Below, piece after piece: positions 9,477-16,780 of a stretch of 53,120 bases of DNA. The notes below the pieces were generated by a model, which saw nothing but the letters and a program-made list of their open reading frames with translations, was not told the DNA's origin and ran no database searches. This DNA comes from a virus (Duplodnaviria; Caudoviricetes), in the IMG/VR virus record IMGVR_UViG_3300035633_000512, positions 1 through 53,120 of that record. One strand, written 5' to 3'. Position numbers and translations under genes: made by a program. The number at the start of each line of letters is the position of its first letter. Positions within the stretch are counted from its first letter, which is position 1.

Positions 9477-9653
9477 ATGGCCCAAGACCTGAAGAAGTAC
9501 CGAGCCTGGTGCCGTCCGTTCATGCGGTACACCATCATCCGGCGGCCCTTCCTCGTCGTCACCGGGCTGGTCTTTCTCCCCATCTACGTGTTCGTCCTCG
9601 GGTGGTCGGAGGGCCGACGGGAATTTGCTGACCAGTGGCGGGAAGCTTGGTGA
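9477..9653 (+). CDS. Small membrane protein (58 aa)
   Basis: Hand translation MAQDLKKYRAWCRPFMRYTIIRRPFLVVTGLVFLPIYVFVLGW...; fills the intergenic gap; one hydrophobic segment. Confidence 0.6.
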   Translation: MAQDLKKYRAWCRPFMRYTIIRRPFLVVTGLVFLPIYVFVLGWSEGRREFADQWREAW

Positions 9654-9687
9654 TTAGGTCGCCGGTTACCTAATCAACTTGCCAAGT

Positions 9688-9716
9688 TGGACATGGCACG
9701 CTGCGTGCAATAGGCT
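9688..9716 (+). promoter_or_regulatory. Overlapping sigma54-type and sigma70-type promoters
   Basis: TGGCACGctgcGTGCA (9694-9709; ATG 14 nt after the GC) nested inside TGGACA-17 nt-TAGGCT-6 nt-ATG. Confidence 0.65.
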
Positions 9717-9722
9717 CGGACG

Positions 9723-10682
9723 ATGCCTCACCCGGCCTTGAAAGTCCTCACCACTGAAGGCCACGGAGCTTCCAAGCGAGGAAGTCACCAGTTGGCATCC
9801 GTCTTCCAGTGCCCCCGCAAGTGGTACCTCCGGTACCGCAAGGGCGTCCGGGAGAACGAAGACAAGGAGTTCCGGATGGGCGGCACCCTTGGTCATCTCG
9901 CCATCGCCCACCGCTACGCCGAGCGCATCATCGAGCAGGGCATCTGGCCCGAGCCTACGTGGTGGGATGGGCGCTCCATCGACGACGCCTTGGAGACCGT
10001 CGGTGAGGGCTGGCCGCAGCTCATCCCGGTCGCTCGCGAGCTGTATGACGCCTACCCCGCGCACTGGTGGCACGGCTCCATCGCCGAACCCTGGGAGCCC
10101 GTCGCCGTCGAGGAGCAGTTCTACGCTCGCCTTGGCGACTTGGCACCCTTGCCCGACGGAGAGGACGACCCGTGGGCCGACGAGATCGTCACCTGCGGTA
10201 CCGACCTCGTCGTCCGTAACACCATCACCGACATGATCTGGATCCCGGACCACAAGTCGAAGGGCTTCGACCCGTTCGGCCGGTCCTCCACGCCGCGCAT
10301 GGAGCCCTGGCGCCGCGACGGCGAGCAGTACACGATCCATTGGCAGGCGCTCGTCAACCTGCTCATCGTCCGACGCGCCTTCCCTGACAAGGTGGTGGGC
10401 GGCTTCATCATTAATCGCTTCACCCGCAAGAAGCCCTTCATGTTCGACCGCTACACGCTCCACGTTTCTCCGCGCGTGTACGCCGAGGCGCCCGCGCAGA
10501 TCCGCCGCGCTGTCATGGAAGAGGCGCGCATTGATGGCATGGTCGCTGCAGGTGAACGTCCCGAACCCAACTACTGGGCTTGCCATGGCAAGTACGGTTG
10601 CTGTGACTACATCGAATTGTGCAACGCAGACGACGAAGAACAGATGAACCGAATCTTGTCGGCCAAGTTCATGGTTGTGTGA
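9723..10682 (+). CDS. PD-(D/E)XK exonuclease (RecB/Cas4-like, Cys cluster)
   Basis: FQCPRKWYLRY, GTLGH, VAVEEQF, GTDLV, IPDHKS, C-terminal C-x5-CCDY-x3-C. Confidence 0.8.
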   Translation: MPHPALKVLTTEGHGASKRGSHQLASVFQCPRKWYLRYRKGVRENEDKEFRMGGTLGHLAIAHRYAERIIEQGIWPEPTWWDGRSIDDALETVGEGWPQLIPVARELYDAYPAHWWHGSIAEPWEPVAVEEQFYARLGDLAPLPDGEDDPWADEIVTCGTDLVVRNTITDMIWIPDHKSKGFDPFGRSSTPRMEPWRRDGEQYTIHWQALVNLLIVRRAFPDKVVGGFIINRFTRKKPFMFDRYTLHVSPRVYAEAPAQIRRAVMEEARIDGMVAAGERPEPNYWACHGKYGCCDYIELCNADDEEQMNRILSAKFMVV

Positions 10683-10703
10683 CCAAAAGGAGAAAAAAGA
10701 AAA

Positions 10704-11543
10704 TTGGCTGACATCAATTCATTCATTCTGTACGGGCACGCGGGGGTCGGTAAGACGACCATCGCAGCCCGTGTCATGCCGGACGCCCTGTGGGTCGTCA
10801 CCCGGGAATCCAACCTGGGTGGCTACAACACCTGGGTCCGGGGAGAGGGCGCAGCGGAAGCCGCGTCCTTGGGTCTGCGCCAGATCATGTCTCGCAAGGA
10901 GTGCGAGAAGAGAGGCGTCGACCCGAACACCTGCAACACGGCCGTGGTGCAGGTCCCGCGGATGCTTCCGCAGACTGACAACAAGGGCAACGTGTCCATT
11001 CAAAAGACGGACGTCCGCGAGTTCATTCGAACCATCGTGGGCGAGTACGTCGTGAAGGCACAGAAGGGCGAGACCAAAGCCCGCGGCATCGTCTTCGACG
11101 AGTTGTCGATTCTTGCCAAGTGGGTCTACGACATGATCAAGGAGCGTGAGCGAAACGGCTTCGAGGTCATCGCGCAGATCAAGGAGTGGGTCGGAGAAAT
11201 GTGCGAGATCAGCACGATGTCCGGCCTTCCGATGGCCTTCTTGTGTCACTCCAAGGACACCACCTTCTGGGAGGACGGCCCCAAGAAGGGCAAGGTCAAG
11301 TACAAGGGCGGACCAGCTATGCCTGTTGGCACAATGATTGCTGATGTCTGCGCGTTGCCAGACGCGGTCCTCCAAGTGGACCTCGAAGAGACTGGCATGG
11401 ACTCGTCGACACGAGTCATCCGAACCGAAGCGCATCCCCGTTGGGAGCGCAAATGTCGAGTGTGGGGTGTCGAACCCACGATCGAACCTGACCTTCGACC
11501 GTTGCTGACGAAGGCTGGGTGGAACTTCCAAACAGCAGCGTAA
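10704..11543 (+). CDS. Sak4-like AAA ATPase / single-strand annealing protein
   Basis: LYGHAGVGKTT, IVFDELS, FLCHSK; lies between the exonuclease and SSB-like genes; AGGAG RBS and TTG start. Confidence 0.7.
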   Translation: MADINSFILYGHAGVGKTTIAARVMPDALWVVTRESNLGGYNTWVRGEGAAEAASLGLRQIMSRKECEKRGVDPNTCNTAVVQVPRMLPQTDNKGNVSIQKTDVREFIRTIVGEYVVKAQKGETKARGIVFDELSILAKWVYDMIKERERNGFEVIAQIKEWVGEMCEISTMSGLPMAFLCHSKDTTFWEDGPKKGKVKYKGGPAMPVGTMIADVCALPDAVLQVDLEETGMDSSTRVIRTEAHPRWERKCRVWGVEPTIEPDLRPLLTKAGWNFQTAA

Positions 11544-11558
11544 AAAGGAAAAAACACG

Positions 11559-12149
11559 ATGAGTGATTCGCAGAACATCAACTTCGGAGACTTCGGGGGC
11601 TACACCCCGTACGACGGCGACGGCGCCGCAGCGCTTCTTCCCTTCGACGGATACGTGTCCGTCAAGGTGAAGCGATTCAAGACCGTCATGACGAAGGGCG
11701 ACAGCCCCAAGCCGATGGTCAAGCTCACCCTGAAGGTGGCCGACCAGGACCTGCCGCAGCACACGATCTACGCGCAGGCCTTCACGGGCGGCAAGGACCG
11801 AAACGAAGAGAACCTGAACCGGCAGTTCGCCGACGTTCTCGTTTCCTTCGGTCTCTTCACGGCGGAGAGCCTGCAGGCCGAGGCCTCGAAGGGCACCGTC
11901 AAGACCGTCGACGAGCTGGTCAACGAGATCATCACGCGTGACCTCACTGGCTTCGTCGAGATCCAGGCGGACACCTACCAGGGCAAGACGTCCTCGAAGG
12001 TGAACAACTTCGTGACCCGCGCCGTGTTCGAGCGTGAGGTGAACGGTGGAACCCACCGTAAGCCCCACGGCCTGAGCGCGGGCGGTGCCTCGCAGTCGAA
12101 CGGAGCTTCCCAGCAGGCCGCCAGCGGCATGCTCAGCGGGGTCATCTGA
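11559..12149 (+). CDS. Phage ssDNA-binding protein-like (DUF669-type)
   Basis: GY-x-VKV...KPMVKLTLKV...YQGKTSSKVNNF followed by a low-complexity tail; position in the Sak4 module. Confidence 0.6.
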   Translation: MSDSQNINFGDFGGYTPYDGDGAAALLPFDGYVSVKVKRFKTVMTKGDSPKPMVKLTLKVADQDLPQHTIYAQAFTGGKDRNEENLNRQFADVLVSFGLFTAESLQAEASKGTVKTVDELVNEIITRDLTGFVEIQADTYQGKTSSKVNNFVTRAVFEREVNGGTHRKPHGLSAGGASQSNGASQQAASGMLSGVI

Positions 12150-12213
12150 CCCACGCTCCACGACTTCGTGCCTTCGGCACTCGCCGCGGGGCGCGTTGTC
12201 AGTCCGGAGTACC

Positions 12214-12253
12214 GCCCACCGTACTTCCGCGCACGCGCGGAAGTACGGTGGGC
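12214..12253. terminator. Perfect 19-bp inverted repeat; terminator or processing hairpin
   Basis: GCCCACCGTACTTCCGCGC-AC-GCGCGGAAGTACGGTGGGC followed by TCTT. Confidence 0.65.
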
Positions 12254-12257
12254 TCTT

Positions 12258-12345
12258 GCCCGAGCGGGTGGCGTGGGAAGCCACTGAAGTGCCAAGTCAC
12301 GGTGCCATCTTCCCAGACGAGCAGGTTCGAATCCTGCCTCGGGCT
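12258..12345 (+). ncRNA. tRNA-like element (acceptor stem and T arm intact, non-canonical centre)
   Basis: GCCCGAG/CTCGGGC 7-bp acceptor stem; GCAGG-TTCGAAT-CCTGC T arm; no canonical 5-bp/7-nt anticodon arm. Confidence 0.6.
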
Positions 12346-12350
12346 AATCC

Positions 12351-15212
12351 ATGACCAACCTCCACACCTTCCTAGCCGAGCACAAAGCGGCCATGGACCG
12401 TGGGGCGAAGTGCACGGAGTGTCCCCTCTTCAAGAAGCACGTCGAAGACGGCCAGGGCCGCGGCCCCGTCATGGGCGAGGTCACCCGCAACAGCAAGCTG
12501 GTGGTCATCGGCGAGGCGCCCGGCAACCGTGAGGTCGAAACCGGGCGGCCCTTCATGGGCGCCTCGGGTCGCATCCTGAACGGGCAGCTCATCAAGGGCG
12601 GGCTCGACCGAGAGCAAAAGGGCGACGTCTCGGTTACCAACACGATCCTCTGTCAGCCTCCCGACGACTTCGAGGCGTACGAGGACAAGCTCCGGGCCAA
12701 GGCCAAGACCGCGGGCAAGGAAGTGGTACTCCCGACCCTGTGCTGTGCACCTCGCCTCGAACGGGACATCCGTGAAGCCAACGCCCCGGTCGAGTACGCT
12801 GTCGGACGCCAAGCTCTCGCCGCTTTGGCCCGCCATCACGGCGTCCCCTACGGCAAGGAAAAGAAGAAGCGCGAGCGCGGTGACATCTCAATTGCGAACC
12901 TCCGCAAGCAGCACGGCGCCCCTATCCCTGTCCGTCCCATCGGGCATCCCGAAGGGGCCAAGACCCTCATCGCCTCCTACCATCCCGCCTACGCCATGCG
13001 CGGCGCGAAGGCCTGGATGCCGGTCATCAAGACGGTCATCAAGCGAGCCGCCCTCATCGCCGGTCGCGGAGGCGCGATCGACTGGCAAAAGCCGAAGTAC
13101 AACCTGGCGCCGACCATCGACGAAATCGAGGAGTTCGCCCGAGAAGCTTTCGATACCGACCGCGTTGTCATGGTTGACATCGAGACCGGCCCGTCACGTC
13201 CCGGAGCGGACGACGGCGGCTCGATTCAGACCTGCGCGCTTCGCACCGTCGGCTGGGGCTTCCGTCGTGAGACAGGCGAAGAGGTCATCATGGTCGTGCC
13301 CTACCGGGACATGGCCGGCGACCCGCTTTGGTCTGGGGAGCAGTGCGAGCGCGTCGACGCCGCCATCCGGCTGGTGATGGACAAGTGCAAGCTCGCTGGG
13401 CAGAACTTCAGCTTCGACTCCGCGGTGCTCTTGCGTCTCGGGCTGATGACGGACCGCAAGAAGCGATGGGCCGACATCATGTTGGCCCACCACGACACGG
13501 ACTCCAACGACCTTCCTCACGACCTTGGGTTCATTATCTCGGAGCACTTCGAGGCGCCGCACCACAAGGCGGACGTCGACCACAAGTCGGTCAACAACGT
13601 CGACTACGGCATGCTCTGCGAGTACAATGGTGATGACGTCCTGACCCAGCTCCGCTGCCTGGAAGCCGTGCTGACCCGCATCTCGCAGCTGGGGACGGTC
13701 GAGCAGTACAAAACCGACACGAAGATCGCACCTGTCGTCCGCGACATGGGCGACCTGGGACTGGTCATCGACGAGCACGAGCGTCAGCGCCTCGCGGGCG
13801 TCCTGACCGAGCGCATCGACTACTTCCGCTCGAAGTTCCGCTTCGAGGTCGCCATGATGTTCGTGAGCCCTCAGGAGGCCGCGCGTGTCGAGGCTCGCCT
13901 GAAGCAGATGGCAGCGGACTGGCGCAACCGTCCCGACTCGGAGGTGGCCGCAGCCTGGACCCGCGCCTACCAGAACTACGCCTTGGACAAGGGCTACGGT
14001 GAGTTCAACCCGAACTCGGTCTACCAGCTCCGAGACCTCCTCTTCGACAAGCTCAACCTGACGCCGATCCTGAACACGGACGGCTACGAGTTCGACGACG
14101 AGGCGGACGACGACCCGTCCACGGGCCAAGCGGCCATCCTGAAGCTCCTGGAAAAGTACGACCACATCCAGGGCTTCTGCGACGCTCTGCTGGAGTACCG
14201 CGCCTACAGCAAGCTCTACGGCACCTACGTCGCTGACAAGAAGGGCCGCATCAAGGACGTCGACTGGACGAAGTGGGGACTGCCGCCGAACGCCGCGAAG
14301 CGGATCCTCCACACGGTCTACAAGGTCCACGTCATCCCGTCGGGACGTCTGTCGACCCAGCCTGCGATCCAGAACTGGCCGGCTGTCGGCAAGGCCTCGA
14401 TGCGCACCATGGTCGTCGCACCTGACGGGCACTGCATCGTTGGTGCCGACTACGACCAGCTCGAACTCCGCATCTACGCGGTGGTCGCCCAGGACCAGCT
14501 GCTGCTCCAGGCCTTCTCGGAGAAGGACAAGCACGGCGCACCCATCGACCCACACTCCCTGAACGCCGCGGCGCTCCTCGCCGACACCGAGGGCGAAATC
14601 TGGGACCAGTACTACAAGATCAAGTACGACATGACCGACAAGGAGCGGAAGTACTGGAGGACCGTAGCAAAACGCTTCTGCTACCTGGAGACCTACGGCG
14701 GCGAAGAAGACAAGCTGTTCTCGACCATGGCCGCGTCCCGCAACAAGGCGACGGGCAAGCGAGACTTCCCGAATCTGCAGCTGAAGGACGTCGAGACCTG
14801 GCACAAGCGCTGGCACAAGCTCCATCCCGAGACCAAGAAGTGGCAGGACAACTGCAAGTACATCGCCTACAACCGGGGTCACGTCCGCGTCGGGACGCTG
14901 GACTACAGAGCGCGTTTCTGGCCGGGCGGCATCGACAAGAAGAACGCGCCGCCCAACCACACAATCCAGGGCTTCGCGGCGAGCATCGCCAACAAGGCGC
15001 TCATCGACCTGAACGAAGCCATCCCCTACCGAGCGTGGTCGCCGGTCTCGGGCATCAACCTGCAGATCCACGACTATATCGGCGGCTACGTCCCGCGTGA
15101 CCGAGCCTGGGAAGCCAAGGGGATCATCGAGGAGTGCCTGAGCTACGAGTTCAAGGGAATGAAGTTCACATGCACCGCCGAATCGTCGTACCGGTGGAGC
15201 GACCAGGGCTAG
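12351..15212 (+). CDS. polA: Family A DNA polymerase with an N-terminal family-4 uracil-DNA glycosylase domain and a 3'-5' exonuclease
   Basis: UDG: CTECPL, IGEAPG, GRPFMGASG, VTNTILCQPP, YHPAY. Exo: VDIET, QNFSFD, YNGDD. Pol: SGRLS, ADYDQLELR, RTVAKRFCYLETYG, QIHD. Confidence 0.93.
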   Translation: MTNLHTFLAEHKAAMDRGAKCTECPLFKKHVEDGQGRGPVMGEVTRNSKLVVIGEAPGNREVETGRPFMGASGRILNGQLIKGGLDREQKGDVSVTNTILCQPPDDFEAYEDKLRAKAKTAGKEVVLPTLCCAPRLERDIREANAPVEYAVGRQALAALARHHGVPYGKEKKKRERGDISIANLRKQHGAPIPVRPIGHPEGAKTLIASYHPAYAMRGAKAWMPVIKTVIKRAALIAGRGGAIDWQKPKYNLAPTIDEIEEFAREAFDTDRVVMVDIETGPSRPGADDGGSIQTCALRTVGWGFRRETGEEVIMVVPYRDMAGDPLWSGEQCERVDAAIRLVMDKCKLAGQNFSFDSAVLLRLGLMTDRKKRWADIMLAHHDTDSNDLPHDLGFIISEHFEAPHHKADVDHKSVNNVDYGMLCEYNGDDVLTQLRCLEAVLTRISQLGTVEQYKTDTKIAPVVRDMGDLGLVIDEHERQRLAGVLTERIDYFRSKFRFEVAMMFVSPQEAARVEARLKQMAADWRNRPDSEVAAAWTRAYQNYALDKGYGEFNPNSVYQLRDLLFDKLNLTPILNTDGYEFDDEADDDPSTGQAAILKLLEKYDHIQGFCDALLEYRAYSKLYGTYVADKKGRIKDVDWTKWGLPPNAAKRILHTVYKVHVIPSGRLSTQPAIQNWPAVGKASMRTMVVAPDGHCIVGADYDQLELRIYAVVAQDQLLLQAFSEKDKHGAPIDPHSLNAAALLADTEGEIWDQYYKIKYDMTDKERKYWRTVAKRFCYLETYGGEEDKLFSTMAASRNKATGKRDFPNLQLKDVETWHKRWHKLHPETKKWQDNCKYIAYNRGHVRVGTLDYRARFWPGGIDKKNAPPNHTIQGFAASIANKALIDLNEAIPYRAWSPVSGINLQIHDYIGGYVPRDRAWEAKGIIEECLSYEFKGMKFTCTAESSYRWSDQG

Positions 15213-15220
15213 CTCTGGGG

Positions 15221-15250
15221 TTGACAGACTCCGGAAACGGCTTTTAGGGT
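15221..15250 (+). promoter_or_regulatory. sigma70-type promoter, probably leaderless transcript
   Basis: TTGACAgactccggaaac...(18 nt spacer)TAGGGT-7 nt-GTG 15258. Confidence 0.65.
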
Positions 15251-15257
15251 GCCTGCC

Positions 15258-15689
15258 GTGGCGAAGTTCCTGAACGAGAACCTCCACAACGCGTTCCATG
15301 CGTGGTTTCACCTGGCGGAGGTGCCGGGCATCACGGAGTTCCTTCAGGCGCGCCTGGACGACCCTGGACTGTCTGAGTTCGACCGACACGGGGTCACCTG
15401 CCTACTCGGCCGGTTGAGAAACCTCGACCGACAGGTGACCGAGTTCCAGTCGCTCTACGACCCTGCAGAGGACTTCGACCCGCCGCAGGACGTCATGGAC
15501 CAATTCGAGAAGATGAACCCCGGCAAGCCGGTCTTCGAGACCGTCGACGGGAAGAAACGCCTCAGCTACCCCCTGGCCCGGGCGCTCTTGCTGGTGCACG
15601 TCAGCGTTGACATCGAGCAGCTCCACGCCTTTCAAGACCGGCTCGCCTATGGCGTTCCCAGCAACGTCAAGCCAGAGGACCTCAACTGA
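15258..15689 (+). CDS. Hypothetical protein
   Basis: ORF 15249..15689 with start refined from the promoter; TGATG coupling to the next gene. Confidence 0.75.
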   Translation: MAKFLNENLHNAFHAWFHLAEVPGITEFLQARLDDPGLSEFDRHGVTCLLGRLRNLDRQVTEFQSLYDPAEDFDPPQDVMDQFEKMNPGKPVFETVDGKKRLSYPLARALLLVHVSVDIEQLHAFQDRLAYGVPSNVKPEDLN

Positions 15690-16207
15690 TGGAGTGGCTT
15701 GCTCTGCTCGTGGTCATCCCGGCCGCGTGGCTGCAGCTGCTCCTCCACGAGGGAGCACACGCCGTGGCCGCACGGATCCTCGGCTGCACGGTCACGGCGT
15801 TCGTGCCATGGCCGCACGTCCTCGGACGCGACTTCTACTTCGGACGGGTGTCTTGGCGCTACCCGACCGACCCTCCGCTGACCGACGACCAGCGCGCACA
15901 CAAGCGCCACGTCATCGCGCTCGCGCCAACCTTCGTGTCGCTCGTGCTGCTCATCGCGCTGGTTCTGACGTCGCTCGCGCTGCGCCTTGCCGAGATCCAG
16001 TCCATTGCCGCACACGCGGTGCTCTGGTCCTTCGGACTGTGCGCCTCTGTGGACCTGGGCCGGAATCTGCTCTACCGCTGGTTTGGTGGCGCGCGACGCG
16101 ACATCAACAAGACCCGACTGCCTGACGCCTTCGTGGCGCTCTTGCTGGCACACGTCGTGCTGTCATTCCTCATCATGACACTCGGACTGATCTGGAGACC
16201 TGTATGA
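15689..16207 (+). CDS. Membrane metalloprotease, M50-like
   Basis: LLHEGAH inside a hydrophobic segment, IALAP, further TM segments, and downstream Asp residues. Confidence 0.7.
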   Translation: MEWLALLVVIPAAWLQLLLHEGAHAVAARILGCTVTAFVPWPHVLGRDFYFGRVSWRYPTDPPLTDDQRAHKRHVIALAPTFVSLVLLIALVLTSLALRLAEIQSIAAHAVLWSFGLCASVDLGRNLLYRWFGGARRDINKTRLPDAFVALLLAHVVLSFLIMTLGLIWRPV

Positions 16208-16455
16208 CCCCGACACCAATGATCCGCTACACCCTCGCCAAAACCAAGGTCCGCAACACCCAGAACGGAGCGACGGTCCTGGGCGTCTGCACCGTGCTGC
16301 TGGTCCTGCTGGGCTACTGGCCTGTGGCTCTGGTCGCCGCGGCGGGTGCAGGCTTTATGTTGTGGCGCCGCAACGCCTACGAGTACGAGGCGCGTCTGCA
16401 CCACCGAGAGTATCTGGCGCAGGCTTCAGGTCGTCTGCGACGCGTGCACCGATGA
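16204..16455 (+). CDS. Small membrane protein
   Basis: 83 aa with a hydrophobic hairpin; ATGA overlaps on both sides. Confidence 0.7.
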   Translation: MTPTPMIRYTLAKTKVRNTQNGATVLGVCTVLLVLLGYWPVALVAAAGAGFMLWRRNAYEYEARLHHREYLAQASGRLRRVHR

Positions 16456-16769
16456 TCTCGACCGCCGTCGCACTCCTGCTCTGCTACTTCGTGGTGGAGT
16501 TCGTCATGTTCTCGCCGGCTCGCACGTTCCAGGGCATCGTGGTGCGCTCGAACGTCCACGCGGCCTGCATCTTCATCGTACTCTTCCTGGAGGCCGGCGC
16601 CGCGCTCTGGCACGCGATCCCGGCCACCTTGCTGGTCGGGGTGCTCTACGTCTTCGTCGAGCATGATGTCATGCTCTTTGCAGCGTCCCGCGAAGTGAAC
16701 CGAGGACTCATTGGCATGACGCAGTTTTGCCACGTCCTTCCCCTTGCCATTCTCTCGCATCTCGTGTGA
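16452..16769 (+). CDS. Multi-pass membrane protein
   Basis: MISTAVALLLCYFVVEF...; several hydrophobic segments; ATGA coupling. Confidence 0.7.
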   Translation: MISTAVALLLCYFVVEFVMFSPARTFQGIVVRSNVHAACIFIVLFLEAGAALWHAIPATLLVGVLYVFVEHDVMLFAASREVNRGLIGMTQFCHVLPLAILSHLV

Positions 16770-16780
16770 GGTCCAACGCC

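Noticed and set aside
9723-10682. Cas4 as part of a CRISPR-Cas system or casposon
   Set aside because: No cas1/cas2 or repeat-spacer array is visible; the context is a phage exonuclease-Sak4-SSB recombination module.
12270-12320. Cobalamin riboswitch (GGGAA and GCCACTG words, with nrdJ in the genome)
   Set aside because: The words are adjacent, the downstream GGGAAG and B12 box are missing, and the element is far from nrdJ.
12258-12345. Canonical tRNA gene (including tRNA-Sec)
   Set aside because: No 5-bp stem with a 7-nt anticodon loop can be drawn and position 8 is C, so it is kept only as tRNA-like.
13194-15389. Long antisense or alternate-frame ORFs (also 5001..6575, 10719..12284, 27709..30003, 39696..41381, 43122..44804, 45066..47090)
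   Set aside because: They mirror well-supported genes on the other strand, lack recognisable motifs, and are expected shadow ORFs in high-GC DNA.
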